This document shows, in pieces, positions 36,836 to 46,405 of a stretch of 64,000 nt of DNA. This stretch comes from a virus. The notes beneath the pieces were generated by a model. It searched no databases. It was not told the DNA's origin and saw nothing but the letters and a program-made list of their open reading frames with translations. The position numbers and the translations under genes were made by a program. The stretch lies in IMG/VR virus record IMGVR_UViG_3300027836_000009, positions 1 to 64,000 of that record, one strand, 5' to 3'. Position 1 is the stretch's first letter. Every line of letters starts with the position of its first letter.

Positions 36836-38971
36836 ATGCAATATACAGATAAACTAACAAAAGGTTTTTTAAACGGTAATGGCTTTCTAACTCAAGACGC
36901 GCGTTCACAAGGCGTTGGTAGTGGTATAAGATATGATATTGAAGATCCTACTTATTTAGGATTTTATTGGCACATAGTGCCAAACACTGTTAAAGATCCA
37001 CTTAATTATGATTTAGATTATTTGCCTCAAGGATTATTTTTACCTGAGGATCATCCTGATTCAGCTATAGATTATTTAAAAAGAACTGGTGAATATTACC
37101 GCGCCAATATGATGCGTGAATTTTCTGAAGGTTTTAAAACATTATTACGAGATCAACCTTGGGCTTGGGACAAAGTATCTGGGCTTGGTGAAATTTCAAA
37201 AATAGATCCAAAACAAAACTTTAGAGGTAAAGAGAAAAAAATAATTTTTGAAGGCAACGAAACAATTTCTATGCGTTTAACTTATCTTTTGGATCTTTAT
37301 CGCAAAGCTGCGTTTGACCCAATTTACATGAGGTGGAAATTGCCTGAAACTCAAAGACTTTTTGAAATGCGAGTTGTTGTTGCTGAAATCCGAACTTTAG
37401 GTAATGGATTTGGTGGAATTAATGAGCCAGCAACTTTTATAGATTTTATTTTTGAAGAATGTGAATTTACAGCTATTGAAGATGGCTTTGAACACATTGA
37501 TGAATTAACCAATTACCCAGGTGAATCTCCTAGGGTTAAATTTGGTATAAAAGTTGGTCGTATTCGTGAAAGCAATCATTATGGTTTATTTGGTGCTCTT
37601 TTAGCTGATACATTTCAACCTTGGATGAATGGTAAAGGTTTTGGTTCAGCTGCTTTTAATGAATTAACACGAGCAGTTAACCCAACTGGTGAAGCAATTA
37701 ATTTAGCAGGTACTATATTACAAGCACTTAGATCACCAGATGGTATAAATGATTACTTAACTCCTGATAGCATAAGATCTGATAGAGAACAAAGGTTTGC
37801 TGCAGGCAGCGATTCTCGTATTAGGCCAGACGGAACGTTTAAATGGTCAGAAGTTGGTGAAATATTAAAAGGTATTGATGTTGCGACAGAAGGAATTAAT
37901 ATTGGTTTAAGAGAAGCACCTAATAATGAATCCGAGCAACCATTAGGTAATAATAATCCTGAAGAGCCACAGAAAAATACGGATCCTACAGATTTAGGAA
38001 AGGGGGATTTAACAACAGTAGGGAAGCCAATAGGAAAAGGCGATTTACAAGTACAAAAAAGTCAGCAAGAATCTTTTTTAGGTAGGGCTATTCGTAATTA
38101 CATAGACCAACAAATCAATGCAGCTAAACTAGGAAACGTTTATGGTTTTTCTTTAGCAAACATAAGTGCTCAATTAGCGCTTGCTGCTCAAGATCCACTT
38201 TATGCTGCACAACAGCTTATACAAAAACTTTCAAAGCCTAAGCCGCCTGGAACTTTAGGTAACATAGGAATAAGTAAAACGCAAACAAACTTATTACAAA
38301 TATTTGCTTCAACATTATCAAATGCAAATGCTGAATATTCAGCCGCAGCTAAAAAAGCAAAGGCTTCACAAATATTAACTGGTAAGCCTGGAACTGAAAC
38401 GTTAGCAAACGCAATTGACCCTTCTGGAAACCCAGGAAAAGCTTTTGACGCGCCTAAGCCTTCAAGTTCATTGATAAACCCAATTGATAAATTATTATTA
38501 GGTGGTAGTTCAAATTTAGTAGGTAATCCTGGGAAAGAAATAATTTCAGGTTCACCTTCATCAATACAAGGATCGTTAGGAAAAGAACCTTTAATGATCC
38601 CACCAAAAAGTACAGGCGATGATAAAATAAAACTTGAAGGGCCACAAGTTAATCTTGTAGGTGATCCAGGAAAAACTGAGTTATTAGGAAACAGTTTATC
38701 ATCAAGTGCTGAATCAGCGGTTGAACTTAGCGGACCAAATGTAAGTATAAGCGGTAAACTTGATAAAGAAATTCTTGAAGGCGAAGGTTCTTTTTCTGGT
38801 GATTCATTAGGACAAGAAAAACTTACAGGTGAAGGATCTTTATCTGGTGATTCGTTAGGTCAAGAACAACTTAAAGCGCCACAATCAGGTCCTGCCGAAA
38901 AACCTGGAGCTGAAGAACTTAAAGGACCAGTTATTAAAAATGAGAAATTAGGTAATATAGGATTATCATGA
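36836..38971 (+). CDS. Tail/baseplate structural protein with repetitive Gly/Pro C-terminus
   Basis: EDPTYLGF N-terminal domain; approx. 16-aa degenerate repeats at the C-terminus. Confidence 0.55.
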   Translation: MQYTDKLTKGFLNGNGFLTQDARSQGVGSGIRYDIEDPTYLGFYWHIVPNTVKDPLNYDLDYLPQGLFLPEDHPDSAIDYLKRTGEYYRANMMREFSEGFKTLLRDQPWAWDKVSGLGEISKIDPKQNFRGKEKKIIFEGNETISMRLTYLLDLYRKAAFDPIYMRWKLPETQRLFEMRVVVAEIRTLGNGFGGINEPATFIDFIFEECEFTAIEDGFEHIDELTNYPGESPRVKFGIKVGRIRESNHYGLFGALLADTFQPWMNGKGFGSAAFNELTRAVNPTGEAINLAGTILQALRSPDGINDYLTPDSIRSDREQRFAAGSDSRIRPDGTFKWSEVGEILKGIDVATEGINIGLREAPNNESEQPLGNNNPEEPQKNTDPTDLGKGDLTTVGKPIGKGDLQVQKSQQESFLGRAIRNYIDQQINAAKLGNVYGFSLANISAQLALAAQDPLYAAQQLIQKLSKPKPPGTLGNIGISKTQTNLLQIFASTLSNANAEYSAAAKKAKASQILTGKPGTETLANAIDPSGNPGKAFDAPKPSSSLINPIDKLLLGGSSNLVGNPGKEIISGSPSSIQGSLGKEPLMIPPKSTGDDKIKLEGPQVNLVGDPGKTELLGNSLSSSAESAVELSGPNVSISGKLDKEILEGEGSFSGDSLGQEKLTGEGSLSGDSLGQEQLKAPQSGPAEKPGAEELKGPVIKNEKLGNIGLS
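38780..38875 (+). repeat. 48-nt tandem coding repeat (2 copies)
   Basis: GEGSFSGDSLGQEKLT / GEGSLSGDSLGQEQLK. Confidence 0.8.
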
Positions 38972-39708
38972 GAGGATTATCAAAAGAAGTTTTAAAAGCA
39001 TCATATTTTATTGGAAAAATAGTTGATGCAGACGATCCCGATAAGGAAGGGAAAGCTAAGATCCGTGTGTTTGGTTTATTTGACGATTTAGAAGATGACA
39101 AGCTTCCTTGGTATCAGCCATTTAATCGTCAAATGTTTTCAGGCGATGGCGGGTTTGCTGATATATCAATTCCAAAGAAAGATGTGTTTGTACAAGTCAG
39201 ATTTTCTGAAGGTAATGTTTATTCAGGCGAATATGCGTCAATCCAAAATTTTAGCGAAGCTGTTAAAAAAGATATTTCTGATACATATCTAAATTCGCAT
39301 GTCCTTGCATATGATACTGAAGAAGAATTAAAAGTTTATTATACACCAGGCAAAGGTTTGGTTATAACTTTAAAAAGTTCTTTAATTAATATTGCACCAG
39401 ATTCAAGTATCGTAATTGAACACAAAGATACTAAAAGTTCAATTTATTTAGTAGGCGATGAAATACAAATATCATCAGAAAACACTGTTAACGTTACAAC
39501 AAAAAATGTTGTTATAGATCATAGTGAAACTGTTGAACTTGGTGCTGGAGCTAGTGAACGACTTGTTCTTGGTGATTCATTTAAAAGTTTTTTTAATTCA
39601 CACGTACATATTGGAAACTTAGGTGCTCCAACAACACCACCTACTATGCCAATGTTAGATGTATTATTAAGCGGCAAAGCTAGTCAACCCGTAGTTAAAA
39701 CAGTATAA
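38968..39708 (+). CDS. Baseplate central spike, gp5/gpV-like
   Basis: OB fold GKIVDADDPDKEGKAKIRVFG...LPW; C-terminal FNSHVH metal-binding tip. Confidence 0.85.
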   Translation: MRGLSKEVLKASYFIGKIVDADDPDKEGKAKIRVFGLFDDLEDDKLPWYQPFNRQMFSGDGGFADISIPKKDVFVQVRFSEGNVYSGEYASIQNFSEAVKKDISDTYLNSHVLAYDTEEELKVYYTPGKGLVITLKSSLINIAPDSSIVIEHKDTKSSIYLVGDEIQISSENTVNVTTKNVVIDHSETVELGAGASERLVLGDSFKSFFNSHVHIGNLGAPTTPPTMPMLDVLLSGKASQPVVKTV

Positions 39709-39724
39709 ACCAAATATTAAAAAT

Positions 39725-40291
39725 ATGTTAGTACCAGAAGTATTAGAACAACAATTAAAGAAAGCTTTCGAAGATCTTCAGCCTACAATAGAATCTGAAC
39801 TGAACACTCATTTTTCTGCAAAAATGACAGGTCACACAGCGCTAGGTGTTAATGAAGATCTTGACATGGGTGGAATTGTAGAAACTGAAAGTGTTAATAG
39901 CATTTACACAGTTCAAGAAAAAACTGATAAGTGGGCTATTGAAAATCCGGCAGGAGAAATTAATTCAACAATATTACGAGCAGTATATAAAGATAAGCTA
40001 TGGACTGAAGTTTCAAAAAACTGGGCAAAAAGTTTATCTGAACATATCTCGAAAGATATCACAATGACAATGTCAAAAGAATTAGCTCCTGCATTAACAG
40101 AAATTATAACTGACTATTTAAAATCTGCAACGATATCAGTAATTATACCAGCACTCGCGATAAACATCCCAAGCCCCACTGGACTTCCAATACCGAATCC
40201 ATTACCATTGGAACTTCTTCTTAGCCCAATCATACCAGACGCAATAGAAGCTTTATTGTTTAAGATTAATTCGTTTGGTGGAATAAAGTAA
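39725..40291 (+). CDS. Hypothetical protein (baseplate module)
   Basis: 188-aa ORF after the spike gene. Confidence 0.65.
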   Translation: MLVPEVLEQQLKKAFEDLQPTIESELNTHFSAKMTGHTALGVNEDLDMGGIVETESVNSIYTVQEKTDKWAIENPAGEINSTILRAVYKDKLWTEVSKNWAKSLSEHISKDITMTMSKELAPALTEIITDYLKSATISVIIPALAINIPSPTGLPIPNPLPLELLLSPIIPDAIEALLFKINSFGGIK

Positions 40292-40336
40292 TTAGTTATC
40301 TTAGGGTATGATATATACCTTAACAAAAATAAAAAT

Positions 40337-41533
40337 ATGATCATTCAAAAAACATTAGAAGAAGCGTCTTGGGAAGCAATAATGCAACAAGACAAGAAGA
40401 CTCCCAACCCGGAGATCTTGGAGAAGTACGGAGTAAAAGTTTTTAACAATCAGCCTTATGCTTTAGAGTATTACGAAAAGGTGTTTTTAGGTTCGGATCC
40501 TGAAAGTAAAGAACCAATTATTGGGGAATCTCGTAGAATCTTAACTATCAATTCAGTTAACGATAAAGATATGTTAGTTACATTAAGTGGATTTGTTGAA
40601 GCCTCAATTGATATTAGAGGTGAAAAACATTTCTGTTCTTTAATGAATACTACGCCAGCTGATTTATTAGAGTGGTTAAAAGAAACTGAAAACAGAGAAT
40701 CGTTTGTTGCTAGCGGACATACCGTTATTGTTGAAATGATTAAGCCGTATGTTAAAGCTTCAATTTCAAAAGGACATTCATTAAAAATGAAGTCTGAATT
40801 CTTTGGGGAAATTCGTAAACCGTCTGCGGCATATTACGGAAAAATCAAAGAAAAGAACGGAGGAGGATTTATTATTAACGTACAAGGAATTGACGGATTC
40901 TTACCTGGGTCATTAGCTGCAACAAATATCGTTCGTGATTTTGACTCAATGTTAGGAAAAGAAATTCCAGTAATGGTTGAAGATTACTTAAAAGAAAGTG
41001 ACACATTTGTTTTTTCTTATAAGAAATATATTAGTACTGTGATGAACAGTAAAATTAATGAACTTGATTTAGACAAAAAATACGCAGGTACAGTAACTGG
41101 AAGTGCGAAGTATGGTGTCTTTGTTGAATTTGATGAACTTTTTACAGGTTTAATTCATACAAGCAAAATGACTCCGGAATTGCATAACAAATTTGTTAAA
41201 GGAACATTTAAATCTGGAGACAAAGTTGAATTTTGGATAAAAGAAATTACTGACGATAAGAAATTGATCTTAACTGATGAAGATCCTTCAATTCGTCGTA
41301 ATCAATTAGAAGAATTCAAAACTGCAAGCCTAGGAAAAATTGTTGAAGCTGAAGTTGTTTCAGTTCAACCGTTTGGTGTACTATTTAAAGTTCAAAAAGA
41401 TATTGTTGGTTTAGTTTCCCAAAAAGAAATCAAGACCAAGAAAAAGAACTACTCAATTGGTGACAAAGTAATGGTTACAATTGATAGAGTTCACAACGAT
41501 AAAATTTTCCTTTCACTGCCAAATGAAGATTAA
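40337..41533 (+). CDS. Ribosomal protein S1-like multi-S1-domain protein
   Basis: GGFIINVQGIDGFLPGS; GTVTGSAKYGVFVEF..FTGLIHTS; AEVVSVQPFGVL. Confidence 0.85.
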   Translation: MIIQKTLEEASWEAIMQQDKKTPNPEILEKYGVKVFNNQPYALEYYEKVFLGSDPESKEPIIGESRRILTINSVNDKDMLVTLSGFVEASIDIRGEKHFCSLMNTTPADLLEWLKETENRESFVASGHTVIVEMIKPYVKASISKGHSLKMKSEFFGEIRKPSAAYYGKIKEKNGGGFIINVQGIDGFLPGSLAATNIVRDFDSMLGKEIPVMVEDYLKESDTFVFSYKKYISTVMNSKINELDLDKKYAGTVTGSAKYGVFVEFDELFTGLIHTSKMTPELHNKFVKGTFKSGDKVEFWIKEITDDKKLILTDEDPSIRRNQLEEFKTASLGKIVEAEVVSVQPFGVLFKVQKDIVGLVSQKEIKTKKKNYSIGDKVMVTIDRVHNDKIFLSLPNED

Positions 41534-42938
41534 AAAGAACTACTCAAAAGCTGAAGTACTTGACGGAATTAAAATAGGATTCGAGTTTGAATTCTATTCC
41601 TCACTTGATGTTTTTGAAACTGCAAAACAATTAGCTAAATATACTAAGAAGAGAGTGGTAGTTCCACTTTCTCTTAGTGATATTTCAAATCCTAAACCAC
41701 TTTACCATTCACCAGTTACACCAACTGCTGATATCTTTAAACTTGAACCTGATTACTCAGGAGGTAAAAAGATGTGTGAACTTGTAACAGGACCTATAAA
41801 ATATGCAGATGCCAGAAACATCTTAATTAAAGTTTTTGAGTGGATTCAATCAAATGGTTATACAAATGAAAGATGTTCAATTCACGTTAACATGAGTATT
41901 GACGGTGATGTTGTTCCAACTTTATACACAATTCAAAACATAAACATACCAAAGTTTATTCTTTCGTTTGATGAAAACAAAATTTTTGACAAATTTCCTG
42001 AACGTAAAGATAGTGTTTATGCAAGAAGTATAAAACAAATCAGACCTAACCGAGTTCTTTTTTATTCTCCAACGCTTGAAGATTTTAGTCGTTCAACACT
42101 TAATCTTCCGTCTGACGAAAAATACTACGGTGTTAACTTTTTGAAAGCTGAGAAAGGATATCTTGAATATCGTTACTTAGGTGGGAAAGATTATCAAAAG
42201 AAAAGCAAAGTTATTCTTGACATAATTGATTACCAAGCTTTACATTTATTTGACACACTTAACTTTACAGGTTTTAGTGATAAAGAAAGAGCTGACTTTA
42301 AAAAGATGATAGATCTTGACAAAAAGATTTATGAAGGCTTTAGTAAATATTCGGAATTTAGAAAGAAATTTCCTGATATTAAAGTTGGTGTTGATATGGT
42401 TGACGATCCACAAGTTCTTGAAGCTGTTTGGGGTAATTTGAGAGAGAAATTATATGAATTAATCGTTACAGGTAAAATGTCAAAAGGTGAGTTTAATTAC
42501 GATACTGAATTAGGACGTTACCAATTGAAGAAAACAAAACTTAAAAACTGTAATCTTTCTGATTTTGAATTTATTGATTGTGAAATAGAAGGTATTATGA
42601 CAAGATCTTGGTTTTACGAATGTAAAATTAAAAACAGTCGTATAACAGAAAGTGAGTTTTTAAAAGCAAACACAATTGACTTTTCAAAAATTGCTGATAG
42701 TGAATTACATGTAGGTAATACTTGTAATGACTGTTACATTGAGAATAAAAAAATGAGTATCAACTGTGAAGTTAATGCTGGTGTTATTCGTAACGGCGAA
42801 ATTGGTAAATTAGCAAAAATATCAAAAGATACACTTATCGTTGAAGGTCAGCCTGCTGAATCTGGAAACGCTGGTAGTAGTTCTTATAGTGATCCTAATC
42901 AAGATAAGAATAATAAGAAAAAAATAAAAGAAAAATAA
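41523..42938 (+). CDS. Putative amidoligase (COOH-NH2 ligase) with C-terminal beta-helix-like repeats
   Basis: IGFEFEF, EPDYS, ELVTGP, CSIHVN, KYYGVN, LEYRYLGG; likely start ATG 41523. Confidence 0.75.
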   Translation: MKIKKNYSKAEVLDGIKIGFEFEFYSSLDVFETAKQLAKYTKKRVVVPLSLSDISNPKPLYHSPVTPTADIFKLEPDYSGGKKMCELVTGPIKYADARNILIKVFEWIQSNGYTNERCSIHVNMSIDGDVVPTLYTIQNINIPKFILSFDENKIFDKFPERKDSVYARSIKQIRPNRVLFYSPTLEDFSRSTLNLPSDEKYYGVNFLKAEKGYLEYRYLGGKDYQKKSKVILDIIDYQALHLFDTLNFTGFSDKERADFKKMIDLDKKIYEGFSKYSEFRKKFPDIKVGVDMVDDPQVLEAVWGNLREKLYELIVTGKMSKGEFNYDTELGRYQLKKTKLKNCNLSDFEFIDCEIEGIMTRSWFYECKIKNSRITESEFLKANTIDFSKIADSELHVGNTCNDCYIENKKMSINCEVNAGVIRNGEIGKLAKISKDTLIVEGQPAESGNAGSSSYSDPNQDKNNKKKIKEK

Positions 42939-42940
42939 TC

Positions 42941-43309
42941 ATGAAGTACATTAAAAAATTTGAAGATTATGTTGCTTCTTATAAAGACAGCAATCTTCAA
43001 AATGATGACGAGGAACAATTCAAAAAAGCTGCAAAAGTAACAACTAACGAAAGTGGTTTTGTTATTGAATATAATGATGATAAAGTTACAATTGAAAGCG
43101 GTCTTGATGAAGGTAATGAAGAAGTTCCTGTAGATGAAATTGCTGAAGCACTAAAAAAACTTGGCGCTGAAACTGTTACTTTTGAAAATGAAGATGGTGA
43201 AACTGAATCTCATCCAGTTAATGAGTTTTTAAGAAAATTGAATCCGCTTCGTTGGAAATTATCAAAGAAACATAGGTCAATTGCTGGTGCAATAAAAGAC
43301 GACGAATAA
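42941..43309 (+). CDS. Acidic putative internal head protein (CTS-like)
   Basis: MKYIKKFEDYV. Confidence 0.6.
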   Translation: MKYIKKFEDYVASYKDSNLQNDDEEQFKKAAKVTTNESGFVIEYNDDKVTIESGLDEGNEEVPVDEIAEALKKLGAETVTFENEDGETESHPVNEFLRKLNPLRWKLSKKHRSIAGAIKDDE

Positions 43310-43324
43310 AATTATCATAATGAC

Positions 43325-44056
43325 ATGACTAGAGATGAATTAATTGAAATGGTGAACGCTGAGGTTACAGGAAGTGGTTCCTTGCCATATTCAGTTCCTC
43401 CTAGGGAATCTGAACGTATCGTCAATCAAGCTCTTAATTGGTTTTATGCAAATTACGGTCCTTCTGTTGAAACTCAATATTATGTAATTGAGAAAGCTTG
43501 GTTTACCAGTGATGAGTTTAAAAAGACAAGAAGTATTCTCTTGCCTGAATGTGTTATGTCAATTACCGAATGTAAAGAAATTAGTGGAGGCGGTCGTTTA
43601 GGAACAATTGACAAAGACTTTTCTGACAACCGTTTACTTGCAGCTGAGATTTATCTTGCACCTTTTGCTTCTGATGATTTAGTTTTAAGAACTGCTCAAT
43701 ATTCATATTGGGATTTAACTAAAGCGTTCATTCTTGAAAAGGTACGTTTTGATTTTAATAGAAATACTCATCGTTTAAAAATCACAGGTCGTAACCCAAA
43801 GAAAAATGTTTTCATTGACACGCTTGTAAAAATTGAAGAAAACAAATTATATGATGATTGGTTTTTTCAAAGATGGGTTACTGCTCAAACAAAAATATCT
43901 CTAGCAAATATTATTGGATTCTTTCAATTCAACTTGCCTGGCGGAATTGCTGTTAATGCTGACGGTTTAAGAGATGATGGTAAAGAAGAGATCGAACAAA
44001 TTAAACAAAGAATAGATGACGAGAACACACCAGATTGGTTCTACATCTTCCATTAA
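43325..44056 (+). CDS. Neck/head-completion protein, T4 gp13-like
   Basis: C-terminal LPGGIAVNADGLRDDGKEEIEQIKQRI. Confidence 0.75.
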   Translation: MTRDELIEMVNAEVTGSGSLPYSVPPRESERIVNQALNWFYANYGPSVETQYYVIEKAWFTSDEFKKTRSILLPECVMSITECKEISGGGRLGTIDKDFSDNRLLAAEIYLAPFASDDLVLRTAQYSYWDLTKAFILEKVRFDFNRNTHRLKITGRNPKKNVFIDTLVKIEENKLYDDWFFQRWVTAQTKISLANIIGFFQFNLPGGIAVNADGLRDDGKEEIEQIKQRIDDENTPDWFYIFH

Positions 44057-44062
44057 TAAATT

Positions 44063-44425
44063 ATGTTAAAAGAAATTTATTGCCGAAACGAAAACGATCC
44101 TAAATATGTTAACACCATATTGGAAACGACAGATGCGATAGAAGCACTCTTAACAAAATTACGCATGATCCTCTTTACTGCAAGAGGTGAAGTCCTTGGA
44201 TATCCTAATTTAGGCCTAGATCTTGATTCTATGTTGTTTGAGTTAAATTACTCAGGATTCCAAATCCAACGAGACTTTTATGCGCAAATTGCGTCATATT
44301 GTCCTGAAGCTAAAAATTATAAAATAAATATTGAAGTCAATTTCGTACCAGGAAGTGTTAGGGATATCTGCTACATAGATATATACATAGACGGTACAAA
44401 GTATCTAGGTGTCGTCGCAAAATAA
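44063..44425 (+). CDS. Baseplate protein, gp25-like
   Basis: LRMILFTARGEVLGYPNLGLDL..MLFE. Confidence 0.8.
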   Translation: MLKEIYCRNENDPKYVNTILETTDAIEALLTKLRMILFTARGEVLGYPNLGLDLDSMLFELNYSGFQIQRDFYAQIASYCPEAKNYKINIEVNFVPGSVRDICYIDIYIDGTKYLGVVAK

Positions 44426-44435
44426 GACATCAGAA

Positions 44436-46133
44436 ATGGCATTAGAAATTTTTAAGTATAACAGGATTCGTTTTGAGCAACTTTATCAAGACTCTAAAGA
44501 TTACCTCACAAATAAATTTTTACAAGTTGGGGATGTGTTCTCTCCAGCCAGTGCATACGGTCAGCTTTTAGGTGTAATAATTGATTTAGGTAAACTTATC
44601 TTTTATTATGTTGAAGACAGTATTACTGAATTAAACATCTACACGGCAACTCGTGATTCATCAATCCGAAGTCTTGCCAGAATCGCTGGGCATAACCCAA
44701 CGCGAGCAATTGCTGCATCAGGTACAGTTATGATATCATATAACGGTAACCCAATTGATATGTATGGCAATACAGCAATCATCCCTAATTACACTAGAAT
44801 TATTAATAATGCTACAGGTTTAACATATACAATTGTTGCCGATAGTGAAGATATAAGAGTTCAACTTAGTGGTTCAACTACAATTGAAACTAAATTACTT
44901 CAAGGAATCATTGAAGCTCAAACTGTTACAGGAACAGGATTTGCATTACAATCATATAACATAAATGTAAAAAGAGGATCACAAGTTGATAACTTCTTTG
45001 TGTATGTTTATGTAAATGGGGAAAAGTGGCAAACATACGATTCTATTTATGATATGCCATATGAAAAGAAAGGCGTTGTTGTAAAAACAGGTATTAATGC
45101 AGGTATTGACCTTTACTTTGGTAACGGTTTCTTTGGATCAATTCCTGATTTAGGTGCTTCTATTAGAGTTGAGTACTTATCAACAAGTGGAAACGCTGGA
45201 AACATTCTTGAAGGCGAAACTACACAATTTACATTTGTTGATGATGTTTACGATTTAGCAGGTAACGTTATTCCTATTAATGATGCTGTTAAATTAAACA
45301 TTGGTAAACCTATCATTTTTGGATCTGATGCTGAACCTATTTACTTAACAAGAATTCTTGCGCCAAAAACAAGTAGATCATACGTATTAGCAAATGCTGA
45401 TTCTTACGTTTACTTTTTAGAAAAATTTAATATCTTTAGTGTAATTGATGCTTTTAATACATTTGATGATAATGACTTAAGTGACGATAATGTTGTTTAC
45501 TTATTTTTAATACCAGACGTAAATAAAAGAAAGCCATCAAACGCTGATTACTTTACTGTTCCTATTAAGTTATTTACGCTATCTGAAGCAGAGAAAAATA
45601 AAGTATATGATTTTATTGAACAAAGCGGGCAAAAGATAATCACAACAGTTGTTAAAATTGTTGACCCAATCATAAAGAAATACGTTCTTAATATAAACAT
45701 TACTGCATATGAAGGGTATAGTAAAGATAATGTAAGACAACAAATCATTTCTAAATGTAGCGATTATTTCTTAAAGAATCGTCGTAGAGATCGTATACCA
45801 AAATCTGATCTTATTTCAATCATTGAAAACATACAAGGTGTTGACTCAGTTAACTTGTGGTTTGTTGGTGAAGAAAATGAATACATTAAATCAGACCCAG
45901 CAAATGCTTCTTTACCTGACGTAGGAATTGATACATTTGGTGACATTGTTATTAATCGTGGTGAGTATGCACTTATAAGAGGGGGTTGGAATGATCGTAA
46001 TGGATATGTTTATTATGATACTTCATCAGCAACTAAGCCTGGAAGTATTAATATTGCATTTGGTAAAGATTCGTCAAACTCAATTAATATGGAATTACAT
46101 CGTATAAATGTAGATAGCATAAAAACATCTTAA
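44436..46133 (+). CDS. Baseplate wedge protein, gp6-like
   Basis: TATRDSSIRSLARIAGHNP, LYFGNGFFGSIP, VEYLSTSGNAGN; likely start ATG 44436. Confidence 0.85.
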   Translation: MALEIFKYNRIRFEQLYQDSKDYLTNKFLQVGDVFSPASAYGQLLGVIIDLGKLIFYYVEDSITELNIYTATRDSSIRSLARIAGHNPTRAIAASGTVMISYNGNPIDMYGNTAIIPNYTRIINNATGLTYTIVADSEDIRVQLSGSTTIETKLLQGIIEAQTVTGTGFALQSYNINVKRGSQVDNFFVYVYVNGEKWQTYDSIYDMPYEKKGVVVKTGINAGIDLYFGNGFFGSIPDLGASIRVEYLSTSGNAGNILEGETTQFTFVDDVYDLAGNVIPINDAVKLNIGKPIIFGSDAEPIYLTRILAPKTSRSYVLANADSYVYFLEKFNIFSVIDAFNTFDDNDLSDDNVVYLFLIPDVNKRKPSNADYFTVPIKLFTLSEAEKNKVYDFIEQSGQKIITTVVKIVDPIIKKYVLNINITAYEGYSKDNVRQQIISKCSDYFLKNRRRDRIPKSDLISIIENIQGVDSVNLWFVGEENEYIKSDPANASLPDVGIDTFGDIVINRGEYALIRGGWNDRNGYVYYDTSSATKPGSINIAFGKDSSNSINMELHRINVDSIKTS

Positions 46134-46138
46134 TTATC

Positions 46139-46405
46139 ATGGAATATAAAAAAGGAAAATATTTAACTAGAGAAAGTTATTATGATGTTATGCATCACCA
46201 GTTTGATGACCTGAAAAATAACGGTTTTGACTGGAGGGATAAAATGATGACAAATTCAGTGTCAGGATATCTTTTAAGCGATCCTAAACGATTAACGATA
46301 ATTAAAAAGTTTACAGAAATGATGGTGTATATCATGGATTGCGCAAGTCAAATCAAGAAAGCTTTTAATTATACGGTAAATAAAAACTACAAGCACTTAA
46401 ATTAA
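46139..46405 (+). CDS. Hypothetical protein (baseplate module)
   Basis: TAATG coupling to the next gene. Confidence 0.65.
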   Translation: MEYKKGKYLTRESYYDVMHHQFDDLKNNGFDWRDKMMTNSVSGYLLSDPKRLTIIKKFTEMMVYIMDCASQIKKAFNYTVNKNYKHLN

